A stretch of 64,000 nucleotides of DNA from Camelus dromedarius. Lineage: Eukaryota. The stretch's first letter is position 1; every line of letters starts with the position of its first letter. This document shows positions 25,341 through 37,709 of the stretch, in pieces. Where the stretch lies: positions 80,850,001 to 80,914,000 of the forward strand of contig NC_087436.1 in NCBI RefSeq assembly GCF_036321535.1, given 5' to 3'. Under the pieces are notes generated by a model, which made no database searches, was not told the DNA's origin, and saw only the letters and a list, made by a program, of their open reading frames with translations. The position numbers were made by a program, and so were the translations under genes.

Positions 25341-27508
25341 TCTTCTAGGAGTTTTATAGTATCTGGTCTTACATTTAAGTCTTTAATCCATTTTGAGTTT
25401 ATGTATGTATGTGGTGTTAGAGAATGTTCTAATTTCAGTCTTGCAAGTGGCTATCCACTTTTCCCAGCACCACTTATTGAAGAGACTGCCTTTGTCCATT
25501 GTATATGCTTGCCTTCTTTGTCATAGATTAATTGACCATAAGTAGGTGGGCTTATTTCTAGACTTTCTATTCTGTTCCATTGATCTTTGTGTCTGTTTTT
25601 GTGCCAGTACCATACTGTGTCGATTACTGTAGCTTTGAGGTATAGTATGAAGTCAGGGAGCATGATTCCCCCAGCTCCATTCTTCTTTTTCAAGATTGTT
25701 TTGGCTTTTCGGGGTCTTTTGTGTTTCCATACAAATTTTAACATTTTTTGTTCCAACTCTGTGAAAAATGTCATTGGTAACTTGATAGGGACTGCACTGA
25801 ATCTGTACATTGCCTTGGGTAGTATGGCCGTTTTAACAATATTGATTCTTCCAATCCAAGAACATGGTGTATCTTTCCATTTGTTTATGTCATCTCCAAT
25901 TTCTTTCATCAGCATCTTATAGTTTTCAGAGTACAGGTCTTTAACCTCCTTGAATAAATAACCTAGGTTTATTCCTAGGTACTTTATTCTTTTTGGTGTG
26001 ATGGTAAATGGTATTGTTTCCTTAATTTCTTTTTCTGCTATTTTGTTGTTAGTGTATAGAAATGCAACTGATTTTTGTATATTAATTTTATATCCTGCAA
26101 CTTTACCAAATTCACTGATGTGTTCTAGTAGTTTTCTAGTTGCTTCTTTAGGGTTTTCTGTGTATAATATCATGTCATCTGCAAACAGTGACAGTTTTAC
26201 TTTTTTGTTTTTAATTTGAATTCTTTTTATTTCTTTTCCTTCTCTAATTGCTATGGCTAGGACTTCCAAAGCTATGTTGAATAAAAGTGGCGAGAGTGGG
26301 CATCCTTGTCTTGTTCCTGATCTTAGAGGAAATGCTTTCAGCTTTCCCCATTAAGTATGATGTTAGCTGTGTATTTGTCATACATGGCCTTTATTATGTT
26401 GAGGTATGTTCCGTCTATGTCCACTTTCTGGAGAGTTTTGATCATAAATGGATGTTGAATTTTATCAAAAGCCTTTTCTGCATCTATTCAGATGACCATA
26501 TGGTTTTTAGTTTTCCATTTGTTAATGTGGTGTATCACATTGATTGATTTGCGATTATTGAAAAATCCCTGCATCCCTGGGATAAATCCCACTTGACCAT
26601 GGTGTATGATCCTTTTAATGCATTGTTGGAGTCGATTTGCTAGTATTTTATTGAGATTTTTGCATCTAAATTCATAAGTGATACTGATCTGTAATTTTAC
26701 TTTTTTTGTGTGATATCTTTGTCTGATTTTGGTATGAGGGTAATGCTGGCCTCATAGAATGAATTTAAAAGTGTTCTTTCCTCTGCCGTTTTTGGAATAG
26801 TTTCAGAAGGATGTGTGTTAACTCTTCTCTAAATGTTTGGTAGAATTCACCTGTAAACCCATCTGATCCTGGACTTTTGTTTGTTGGGAGTTTCTAAATT
26901 ACTGATTTAATTTCAGTACTAGTAATTGGTCTGTTCATATTGTCTATTCCTGGTTCAGTCTTGGCACATTATACCTTTCTAAGAAATTGTCCATTTCTTC
27001 TACATCGTCCTTTTTGTTGGCATATAGTTGCTCATAGTAGCCTCTTATGATCGCTGTATTTCTGTTGTGTTGGTTGTAACTTCTCCTTTTTCATTTCTGA
27101 TTTTATTAATTTGGACACTCTCCCTTTTGTTCTTGATGAGTCTGACTAAAGGTTTGAGAATTTTGTTTATCTTTTTAAAGAACCAGCCTTTAGTTTCATT
27201 GATCTTTTTTATTTTTTTAGTCTCTATTTTATTTGTTTCTGCTCTAATCTTTACGATTTCTTTTCTTCTACAAACTTTGGGTTTTGTTTGTTCTTCTTTC
27301 TCTAGTTGCTTTAGGTGTAAGGTTAGGTTGTTTATTTGAGATTTTTCTCATTTTCTGACATAGGCTATAAACTTCCCTCTGAGAAATGCTTTGCTGTGTC
27401 CCAGAGGTTTTGGATCATTGTTTTTTTGTTTTCATTTGTCTCAAAATATTTTTTTGATTTCCTCTTTGATTTCTTCAACGATCCATTGGTTGTTTAACAC
27501 ATTGTTTA
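25341..27508 (-). mobile_element. Relatively young LINE-1 ORF2 internal segment (end of EN through RT), lacking both termini
   Basis: Continuous antisense ORF2 similarity; contains the 272-aa ORF with LFADDMILY. Confidence 0.95.
25451..26269 (-). pseudogene. L1 ORF2 reverse-transcriptase remnant ORF (272 aa; broken upstream, frameshifted at its end)
   Basis: [19 protein letters not shown]-like '[10 protein letters not shown]', [28 protein letters not shown] are L1 ORF2 motifs. Confidence 0.95.
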
Positions 27509-27509
27509 T

Positions 27510-30010
27510 CTTGATTTTTTGTTATTGAGTTGACTGAGTTCTTTATACTTTGGATATTAACCCCTTATCTGATATATGATTTGCGAAGTGTCACCGTTTG
27601 TGGCTTGTCTTTTCATTTTGTTAATTTCTTCTTTTGCTGTGTGGAAGCTTTTGAGTTTGATGTAATCCCATTTGTTGATTTTTTTCTTTTATTATTTCTG
27701 CTTTTGGCATCATACCTCCCAAATTATTGCCAAGACCAATATCAGTGAGCTTCTTCCTGACATTTTCTTCTGAAGTTTTATGGTATCAGGACTGATGTTT
27801 AAGTCTTTGATCCATTTCAAGTTAATTTTTGTGAGTGCTGTGAGACAGGAGTATAATGTCATTGTTCTGCATGTGTTTCTCCAGTTTTCCCAGCACTGTC
27901 TTTTCCTAATTGCATGCTCTTGGCTCTCTTGTTAAATATTAGTTAACTATATATGGTAAGGTTTAATTGTGGGTTCCTTTTTTTTATTCCTCTGGTTAAT
28001 GTGTCTATTTTGTGTCAGTACCAAACTGTTTTTTATTACTATGGCTTTATAGTATAGTTTGAAATTTGGAAGTGTCACCTCCAGCTTTGTTCTTTTTTCT
28101 CAGGATTCCTTTGGCTATTCAGAGTTTCTTGTGGTTCCACATAAATTTTAGGATTGTTTCTTCTATTTCTGTGAAGAATGTCTCTGGTATTTTGATGGGG
28201 ATTACATTGAAACTCTAGATCACTTTAGGTGATATGGCCAGTTTAACAATGTTAATTCTTCTGATCCATAAACTCAGATATATTTACTTTGTAAATGTAA
28301 ATCTTCTTCAGTTTCTTTTGGCAAAGTCTTGTAGTTTTCGCTGTACAGACATTTCATTTCCTTGGTTAAATTTATTCCTGAGTACTTTATTGTTTTTGAT
28401 GCTATTATAAATGGCACAGTTTTCTTTATGTCTTTTTCAGATGCTTCATCATTAATATTAAGGAATGCAATTGAATTTTGTCTGTTGATTTTGTAATGTA
28501 CCACTTTACTGAAATCATTAATTATAAATTTTTAAAACTTGATTCTTTAGGTTTTCTATATATAGGATTATATCACCAGCACATTACAGTTTTACTCCTT
28601 TCTTTCCAATTTGGATGCCTTTTATTTCTTTGTCTTGCCTGATTGCTTTCGCTACAACTTCCTGTACTATATTATTTGAATTGATGTTGTGAGAGTGGGC
28701 ATCTTTGCCTTTTCCTGATCTTACAAGAAACACTTTTAGTTTCTCTCCATTGAATATAATGTTAGCTCTGGTTTGTCTTATATGGCTCTTATTATGTTGG
28801 GGTATGTTCCTTCTATACCCAGTCTGTTAAGGGTCTTTATCATGAAGGGGTGTTGTATTTTATCATATGCTTTTTCTGCATCTATTGAATAACCATGTGA
28901 TTTTATCTTTTATTTGATTGATGTGATGTATTAGATTTATTGATTAGCAGAAGTTTATTTCAAGGATAAATCCCACTTGGTCATGGTGTATAATCCTTTT
29001 AAAGTGTTCTTGAATTCAGTTTGCTAATATTTTCTTGAGAATTTTTGCATCTATATTCATCAGTGATATTGGTATATAGTTTTCTTTTCTAGTCTTTGTA
29101 TCAAAGTAGTTCTGGCCTCATAGAATGAATTTGGAAATGTTCCCTCCTCTTCAGTATTTTGGAAGAGCCTGAGGAAGATCAGTTAATTCTTTAAATGGTT
29201 AGCAGAATTATCCAGTGAAGCCATTTGGTCCTAGAATTTTCTGTGTTGGGAGTTTTTTGATTATTGATTCAATCGCTTTACTTACTATTGGTCTGTTTAG
29301 ATTTTCTGTGTCTTCTTGGTTCTGTCTTGGCAGATTGCATGTTTCTAAGAATTTATCTATTTCTTCTAGGTTATGTAATTTGTTGGCATATAATTGTTCA
29401 TAGTAGTTTCTTATGATTATATTTCTGGAGTGTCACTTATAACATCTCCTCTATCATTTTAAATTGTATTTATTTGAATCTTCTCTTTTTTCCCCTTAGT
29501 CTAGCTTAATTTTTGTCAATTTTGTCTGATTTCTTAATATATGCAGTTATTGCTATTTCCTCTCAACTGTTTTTGCTGCATTCCACAATATTTGTTATGT
29601 TGTGTTTTCATATTCATTTCTATCAAGATAATTTTTTATTTCCTTTTTGATTTCTTCTTTGATACAATGATTGTTTAGTAGTGTGTTGTTTAGTTTCTAT
29701 ATGTCTGTAGATCTTCTTAATTTCCTCTTGTCGATTTTTAGTTTCATACCATTGAGATCAGAAGAGATTGTTGGTATGATTTCAGACTTCTGAAATTTGC
29801 TAATATTTGTTTTGTGGCCTGCCATATGATCTATCCTAGTGAATATTCCAGATTTACTTGAAAAGAATGTGTATTCTGCTTCTGTTGGATGGAATGTTCT
29901 GTAAATGTATACTAAATTCATTTGTTTTAAAATGTGGTTCAATTCCAAAGTTTCCTTTTTGATTTTCTGTCTGCACGATCTATCCACTAATAGTTGAGTT
30001 TTGAAATCTC
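27510..30010 (-). mobile_element. Second, more diverged LINE-1 ORF2 segment (EN to C-terminal region)
   Basis: ORF 29697-29987 (IYRTFHPTEAEYTFFSS...RIDHM.GHKT) is L1 endonuclease; ORF 28274-28504 (IKYSGINLTKEMKCLYSENYKTL) is RT-downstream. Confidence 0.92.
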
Positions 30011-30805
30011 ATTTCTCATGGTGTTTGATGAAATGCAAATGCCACTGCATTTGAAGTAGTGAGCACTTTTCTTATTTAGGCAAGTCTTTGTTTACTTTGA
30101 TACTAGGAATTCAGTAGGTTGGTAGTTAGGAGCATTTTGTTTTCCAGTAGGTGGCACTAGAGCACAAGTTTTTGGTTTCTCTTACAGGCACTGACTAAGG
30201 TTGTGAGGCTGAACCTAAAAAACCCAAATTAAGGGTGGCAGCAGAGTGGGGGGAGAGAGTGTGGGGAGGTGTGCACTTAGCACTTAGGACTTTGGATATG
30301 CCCATGGCTGGGCAGAGGAATCCTCAAGTGAGGAGATCCCAGAGGGTTGTGGGCACTGCTGTTGCCTCCCTTGTACAGATAGGAGACACTTTCTATCTGC
30401 TCTCGTTGCCTACTTCCTTTCCTTTCCCTTCCCCCAGTCACTCCAGCCTCTCTTTTGAGAGAGCAACTGGTTCCTTTAGCTGTAGCACATGTGGCCAGGC
30501 AGACCCTCACTCACCATCTTCACCTTCCACTTCCTCTGCCAGAAAGGTGGTGCTGGCTTGCTGTCAGACTGCTGCTGCCTTCTCTGCTCTCACAGCCTCT
30601 GCGGCCGCTTCACCACCCTCACTCTGCCACCTCCTCCATGGCCCAGTCCACCCACTTTTGCACAGATGAATGGATCTCCTAGGTGTCCTGGTATGCTATG
30701 CAGCGGTGCTTTCTTTCCCTCACTGGCTGTGGATGTCTGATTAGTTATAAATCAGAGAGGGGAGAAAAAAGGAACGACTGGCACTGCCATGATGCTGACA
30801 CTGCT
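30011..30805 (-). mobile_element. L1 5'UTR / ORF1-start remnant, probably belonging to the 27510-30010 element
   Basis: GC-richer tract ending 'gaggggagaaaaaaggaacgactggcactgccatgatgctgac', resembling laurasiatherian L1 5' termini in antisense. Confidence 0.6.
30144..30159 (+). promoter_or_regulatory. CTCF consensus motif (inside L1 5' region)
   Basis: CCAGTAGGTGGCACTA matches the CCASYAGRKGGCRS core; occupancy unknown. Confidence 0.45.
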
Positions 30806-31864
30806 CTCCTCACAGTGATTAAGTGGTAGGCTCAGATATGGTCTCTCACATCATTGGCTCATCAGTCAGCATGTATTGATGGCATAGCGTTTACTGAGAA
30901 TCCTGTCAGCTTTATATTGCTTTTGATTCACTTACTCTATTACACATCAACCTGTGTGTGGTGGTTACTATTAATTCCCTAGTCTGACAGATCTGGATAT
31001 GCCCACTAACAGCCGAAGAATCTATGGTTTTCCATTTGGCACAGGCCTATGATTCTGAACTTCAAAGTCCCAAGTAAAAGTTCTTTACTTATTTGTTTGT
31101 TTTTGTGTTTGTCATAGGCTATCCTCCATACCCAGGCAACGATCACTCAGTGCCTAGTTTCAAGCCTAGTATATCATCATCTCTGCCACCACCATTGTCA
31201 TTATTATCACCGTCCCAGGGGTTTGAACTCCAAGTGGAGAATTTTCTTTCCAAAGTAAACATTATATTATTCATTAAAAACTACTTTCATCTTCCTACAT
31301 ATTCTGTTCCATCAAATTTTCTTTTAAGTGAAAATTTGTTACTTGGCATAGGATGAAAAGGAGCGTTTAACTCTAAATTTAATTTAATTTCTGAATTTCT
31401 AAATTTTATTTAAAAATTTTTACGTAATTTTAATGAAATTATAAAAACTAAAAAAAATTCTGCTCTTAAAGTACCCTGCTTTCCATTTGATTTTAAAAAT
31501 CCAAATATCATTTTCTCTCTATGGTATTTAGTTGAAGAGGTTGTCTTCCTTAGTTTATTGGCCCCTAGAACACAGGGTCTTAGGTTCTAGGGGTTTTCTC
31601 CCCCTTGTTTTGGAATAGAAATCAAAATATAATTGTTGATTTTTTTTAGATTAATCAGTAATCTTTGATGGATGTTATAGCTGTATTTAATCCAAACAGA
31701 GAAAAAAATCAAGTTTTATTTGTTCATGTTGAGTAACGTTAACTTTACAATTAGAAAAAATTTTTAAGTATTTCAGTGCTCTTTCCATTATAGTACTCGT
31801 GTTGCTCTCAGCCTATTGATGATAGTGCTCCCAGCTAGAAACACCTGAGGCACTGCCCCTGCTA

Positions 31865-32366
31865 CGTTACTCCCAGTGAGCTCCACACACATTACCGCAC
31901 TGGGGCCAGCGTGGTGGCGGGGCCAGCGTGGTGGCTGGGCCAGCCATGGTGTTCATAACTATGATCCCAGGGCACACTTCAGCAAAACACCATCAGGTAA
32001 TTCGGAGCAACAAGATTTAATACACAGGTCCTGGAGGGCACATGACACACACATGACATATAGTAAGGTCACAGGTAGAGAGCCTTTATCAGGTCCCAAG
32101 AGTGGCGTGTCTAAGGTTTTGCAGGGTCATTCACTATTGGCTGTTGGGTGCAGGAGAGTGGAGGCAGGGTTGCTTAAATAGTCACTTATCTGTGTTGCCC
32201 AGGGTTTTCTAAAAGGGCAGCTATGTGGGCATGAGTAGCCTAATTCTTTATCTGGTTGGTTTGCTAGTAGCTATATCATATGACTGGCAAGATGTTTACT
32301 TATATGAATTTTTTTTGATTGAATGCCTCTGCAATCAAAAGCTTCATGTCAGGCACTTACACTACA
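31865..32366 (-). mobile_element. ERVL-class solo LTR (MER76-like)
   Basis: Antisense start 'tgtagtgtaagtgcctgacatgaagcttttgatt' resembles MER76; ATTAAA on the minus strand at ~32016. Confidence 0.6.
31902..31951. repeat. 17-bp tandem repeat (2 perfect copies plus 1 degenerate)
   Basis: ggggccagcgtggtggc at 31902-31918 and 31919-31935, then tgggccagccatggtg. Confidence 0.9.
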
Positions 32367-32854
32367 TTACTCTATCTTTCACTCATGTCTTTCTGCCTGA
32401 ACAACAAAGCATTTTAATTATAGGCTTGCAACTACCTCTTCCTCACCCCACTCTACTCCACTCGGGGCAAACATTCCCACCCAGTTTGAAGAGAATAACC
32501 ATTTTTAGCAGATTAATAACTGCCATGAACTGAAATTGCTAATTCTACTTCAAGAGGTGAACCTATGTCTCACTTTTATTAGCAGTATCAGGGTTTAGAT
32601 ACAGAATTTTTTACTCCACTCAAGATATGACTAAGGAATTGTTTGATTGTATGTCATTTTCTTGTCCTAGAATGTAGTTATCATGTAAGTTTTCATTTGA
32701 ATCTGTAGAATCTCTTCTTATATCTCTTCTGATGACACTTTAAATCAAGCTAATTCGTTTAACCTGGATGATTGTACAAACAAACAAGACAAATCTCCTA
32801 ATTCATTTCAAAGGTGATTAATCATCCTGCAAAATATTGTACTTTCTCATATAC

Positions 32855-33175
32855 TGTAGTTGTCTGAGAGAAATGCCCAGCCAGGGGCTATATTTCCCAG
32901 CTACTTTTGTATCTAAGTGGGTCCAGGAAATTGGTTCTTGCCAATAGAATATGAGAGGGAATGAAATCTGCCAGTTCCTTATTTTGGCAACTTTGTGTAG
33001 ATGAGCACAGCGAGGTGTTAAACATCTTGGTATCCAGGTGTTAAAGATGGCAGAGTCACGAGATACAAAGAGTTTGAGTTCTTGAGCCAACGATTAGAAG
33101 AGAAAAACTGATCAGGAATACACACTTTAGATTTTAAATAAGGGAGAAGTAAACTTCTATTGTGTTTGAGTATTA
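32855..33175 (+). mobile_element. MaLR LTR (MLT1J-like)
   Basis: 'ctatatttcccagc...ttcttgccaatagaatatgaga...aagatggcagagtcacgagat...taaacttctattgtgtt'. Confidence 0.7.
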
Positions 33176-33294
33176 TAACTTCTAACTTAATTTTTATCTT
33201 AAGCACCTAAATTTGGAATGTACTTCAGTGGTAATATCTGATTTAACATCCTGTTACTTATCCAGTCATCATATATTTACAGAGAACTTACTAT

Positions 33295-33321
33295 ACACAC
33301 ACACACACACACACACACACA
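33295..33321. repeat. (CA)13 microsatellite
   Basis: read directly. Confidence 0.95.
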
Positions 33322-33429
33322 AATATATACATATATAATATTTACAGAAAATTTAGTTCCAGGCACTAAGGATACATGGAAAAGAAGACAGATACTTTTT
33401 GACCTCAATGACAGTGAGCAACCTTATTC

Positions 33430-33680
33430 TTCAAGAGTCTTCTTCTTGGTGAATTTGGGTTTTCCTGGCTTTTCATTATTTTTTGTTTATGAACAGCAAT
33501 CTTCCCAAGCCTCTGTCCTCTTATTCTGTATAATCAATGCTTTTGCTCACGTATTACCACTATGAATGACTTCTAAATCCATCTCTCTGGTCATGGCCCA
33601 TTCACTATGTTCTACTTTTTCATTCCAACTATTTATAGGACATGTTCACTTGAATGTCCACCATCATTTTAAGCTCAAGT
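33430..33680 (+). mobile_element. L2 fragment
   Basis: 'tgacttctaaatccatctctc...ggacatgttcacttgaatgtcc...ttaagctcaa'. Confidence 0.55.
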
Positions 33681-34764
33681 AGGAGGCAATATAGAGTTAT
33701 GATTAATAGCACAACAAAAAGAAGTTTAAATTATGATTAACATTAAGTTTTCTATAGCAAGACAACTATTAATTGAACAATCACCAAACTATTGTCACAG
33801 CTTATACTATTTCTATTAATAATGTTTTTTTTCTAAAGGGAAGTGCAGAATGCATGCCAACTGTGTTTTAGTCAAAATGAATTCATTTGTGTCTCTTTCA
33901 TATAAATAAGCTAACAATAAACTATACACTCTAAGAAGAGTTGCAGCTACATCTCATTTGAAGGTTTTTATCCTTTACCTTTTATTCTGACATGAAAACT
34001 TCAAGCATCTCTTCACCAGGGAAACCTTTATAGAAGTGTTTGTCAGCTTCAACCTCTTCTGAATTCTTGATGGGATGAGGGCACAAGGCAAGGGTCTGAA
34101 CTCGAAAACATCCATGTCCTAGCTTATTGGAAGGGCTGATGACCTAGTTAGCAGGAGTTCTGTTTGACTGTGTTCATAAGATAGTGTGAAAGAGAAAGAC
34201 GGGGCATGCTGGACCCTGACAGTTGTTGGCACTCTGTCGATCCTACACTAAGACCCCTAGGTAAACAGATCACAAGAGCAACTTCTAAATATCTTCAGTA
34301 GTGTTATGTCCTCACGGACAGAAAAGAGTTAAGTCACTCAAGCTTTTGGGGCAATTCTGGTTGAGGATCAATGAGGAGACCTAATTTTAGACATAGCAAT
34401 GAAGCATCACTAAATTTAACCTCTGGCTCAGTCCCAGGGAATCAGTAATGGATTTGTACAGAAAGGCATGGTGAGGCACACTAAAGAGTTAAATGAAAAT
34501 GAAGAATCATTGCAGGCATGTAGAAACAGAGAGCACAAGGCTTCTAGGCTTTAGGTTTTATATATTTCATACACATTCACATCTTTTAGGAATGGTTCTT
34601 TGGAGCATAGCAGAGGAGAAATTGGTACTACAGCAATGTGACAGGAAGAGCATGTGTAGATACAAAGTTTAGTAGCAAATTGAGAAGAAGAGGTGTTTGG
34701 GAATTTTAAAAATATATGCCTCAATCTATCTTCTGAGAAAATTTTCAGATGTCTTCATAATGTA

Positions 34765-34890
34765 TTCCTCCTTCCCTTCCTCCCTCTGTCCCTTCCTTTC
34801 TTCCATCCTTCCTTCCATCCTTCCTTTCTTCCATCCTTCCTTCCATCCTTCCTTCCTTCCTTTCTTCCTGCCTCCCTCCCTCCCTTCCTT
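34765..34890. repeat. (TTCC)n/(TCCA)n pyrimidine-rich microsatellite
   Basis: read directly; source of the low-complexity ORFs 34693-34965. Confidence 0.95.
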
Positions 34891-34917
34891 GTTTCCATCT
34901 TTACATCTCTTTTTAAA

Positions 34918-35210
34918 ATAATATTTATTGAATACTTATGTGCTGTACCCTGTGCTAGGTATTAGCAACACAAAATCATTGCCTTTGAGGGTTTTTACAT
35001 TCTATTGTGGAAGTCAGAAATATAAATCATCAATTCTAGATAAACAGGAGAAGTGTTATGATAAAGTCTGCATGTGAACCCAGAGGCAAACAACCTAACA
35101 TGGCTGAAGAAGTCAAGCAAAACTTCTTGGAGGTGAGGGGACTATACTGACTCTTAAAGCCAAGATGACTAGATGAAGATGAAATGTGCATGGGCAATCC
35201 ACGTAGAGAT
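34918..35210 (-). mobile_element. L2 3' end
   Basis: 'atatttattgaatacttatgtg...tgtgctaggta...cttcttggaggtgagggg'. Confidence 0.7.
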
Positions 35211-36772
35211 ATCAAATAAACGTAATAATGACTAAGGTGGAATGCATGTGTTAATGAAATATCTGTTTGCTGCCACTGGAAGAAAGCATCTAAGCAACAA
35301 CACCTGCTTCAAAGGTTGATTCATCATTTATTTATCATCGTAGAATTATGGTCTCACTAGTGCTTAAGAACATGGATTTGAAATAGAGAAGCTGAATGTT
35401 TAGATTTGCCCAGGGCTGGAAGGGGAACAGGTGTAGGAAAACTCTCATTTGGGAACCCTGAATGAGAAGGGAGAAATTTGCGGACTGTATTTCTGGGTCC
35501 AATAAAGAGACTACAGTTTTGTGTTTACCCCCAGAGCTTTTGATTGCATCCCTCAGCTCCTCATGTCTGTTTTCTTTCATTCACATTAGTAAATACCTTT
35601 GTCTTTGGACATCTACAAATAAGTAAGCTAAGAGGTAAAATAATATAAAAATTCTTAGTTCTTTCTTAAAAGTTTTAGAAATATTTCAAAAATTCCCTTG
35701 AATCAGAAGAACCTTTGTGTCTGTGTGCTAATACCTACCGTTGACGGTGGGGCTAGCAGGGAGAAGCAGGGGGAGTAAAATCCTGAGAGTTGCAATGCGG
35801 TTGTTAGGGGTTACCTTCTGGGGTAGTGTTATAGGGAATTGAAGAGAGTCTAGACTTGCTTAAGGAATGAATTTCTCTGCCGAGTGGTTGCTGAGGCCTT
35901 GTCTTGTTAAAAATTAGGAACTACGTATCTTATGTGAACTCATATGACTGTGGAGGAGCCCTTTGGAAAGAAAACTTTAAATCTGGCTTGCTCAGCCATG
36001 TATAAAAATATTTGGGTTTCTACTTAGAATACTGAAAACAACATATAGACCTAAAACATGGAGGTGATTTTTAAGGAACATGTAATTGTCATTATCCCTA
36101 AATTAAGCTTGAATATAATTTTAATTTTAATAATACTTTTTAGAGAGTTGGCTATTTTATCATAATAATGAAGTGTTATTCCCCCTCCCCCAAATTTAAA
36201 TACTAGTAAATATTGACTACTGAAAATCCCCATGAGAACACGCAGCCTTTCAGTGACCATTGAAAGCCTTGTGCATATTTAGGTCATTCTGATTAAACTG
36301 TCTTTGAGGATAAAAGTAAGAATGAAAATATTCATTTTTTAGGAAGAAATAAATGCATATGTGTTTAAGAATTAGTTCATCATTGCCACTGGTTGGTTTC
36401 AGAGACTCACACAAAGTGATTTTATTCTTCACAAAAGAGCTAAGAACTCTGTTTTATCTAACCCTCTTTTCCTCCAGGTGGTAGGATCCCCAGTGGCGTC
36501 TTATTCTAACACTATCATTTTTGGGTTACACTTAACTGTCAAAACAGTCTCACCCTAGTTTTGAAAGGTAGTCCTTGTTTACAAATTTCTATCTCATATT
36601 TAATTCAAAATGCTTTTGGGCCCAAGCACTGGTAGACTTATGATTCTCATGCCTTGGAGTAGAGGGGCCTCTCACATCCCTCTCCCTAGTCTCTGTATGT
36701 GTAATCCTTTGCTTGGGGGGAGGCAGGAGATAGAAGAGAGTTCCTAAAAGACTGTGTACGGTGAGTTGGCTG

Positions 36773-37110
36773 TCAGTGATGGGAAGGTCACTACCTCATT
36801 TTTGTCAGCTATTGATGCCTATCTGTCTAACATTTGTTAGTCCTTCAAGTAGCTCAGGGTGGAGAGTTCACTCCTCATAATTCTCTTCAGTTTGTACTAG
36901 ACCCCTTTCATTCACATGCCTTTACCCCAGTCAGTTCGCCGCACAGCCTCTTGCTGCAGGAGTCACAATGCCCGGCAGGTACACCATATACCAGTGTATC
37001 TGAAGTTGACTTTGCCAGGGACATCGTTGAATCCACGGTGCTATTCATGCCAGTTGGAAGTAGTATTGAAATTTTCCTGGAATCTTGATTTCTCAATCCT
37101 TCTCTTTGCT
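36773..37110 (-). mobile_element. L3/CR1 LINE fragment
   Basis: Minus strand reads 'gaagagaattatgaggagtgaa...tacttgaagg...gaggtagtgaccttcccatcactg', resembling CR1/L3 ORF2 3' motifs; would explain the coding-looking ORFs at 36834-37134. Confidence 0.55.
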
Positions 37111-37709
37111 CATCCTTTGACCATGTACCAGTAGAACTAGTAGCCCAAATGGTGCCTTTAAGTTAATTGGAAAAAACTCAACTCCATTGCTATTTAAGTT
37201 GGAAAACATTTTTTTCCAGTTGAAACAGGAAAAATAAAATGACCTAACTCTTTCTTTGAGAGCTGTATCACTGGGCCAGATCTCATACCTTGACTTGGGA
37301 GCGTGGCTTGTACTCGGTCCTTATTTGCTGTCTCTACCGGGGGCTCTTGTGCAGGGCATGGCCTTCATGCTCACACACTGCAGTTGGGAACTTCAGTGCT
37401 CAGCTGGCTAGCCCGGGGGCTCAGCACCCTCAAGACACAAGCTGATTTCTCTCACCAACAGAGTCACATTGGGTGAGGACTGTTGTGTACCAGCAACCTT
37501 ATAGTGAGCGACATTGAATTCCTCGCTTCTGACGTGAGGGAAAAAGAGTAGAGGAAAGACTGCTGCTCCAAATACTCGGCATTATGCTGAGAACAATCTC
37601 TTGCAGACCCTCTCTTACAGCCTTAGATGGTAAACTCTCCAAACCAGTCATCTCCCTTGGCTACTAAGAGCAGGGGAGTCATGTGACTTCTTTGAAGTTG
37701 TCTCTAGAT

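Noticed and set aside
25451..26269. 272-aa reverse transcriptase as a novel RT system
   Set aside because: Ordinary L1 ORF2 remnant, truncated and frameshifted
30235..30740. 144-aa and overlapping GC-rich ORFs
   Set aside because: They lie in an antisense L1 5'UTR remnant, are low complexity and show no recognisable homology
30935..31046. Minus-strand 111-nt open frame ending in a gtaagt donor
   Set aside because: Weak acceptor, unrecognised peptide, and opposite to the inferred transcription direction
31902..31951. CRISPR-like direct repeats
   Set aside because: Adjacent tandem copies with no spacers, eukaryotic context, no cas genes
34693..34965. ORFs with PSFL/HPSF repeats
   Set aside because: Translation of a (TTCC)n microsatellite
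36834..37134. Three overlapping coding-looking ORFs, including a CxxC motif (HCDSCSKRLC)
   Set aside because: The minus strand carries CR1/L3 motifs with multiple stops in the relevant frame; better explained as a decayed LINE than a gene
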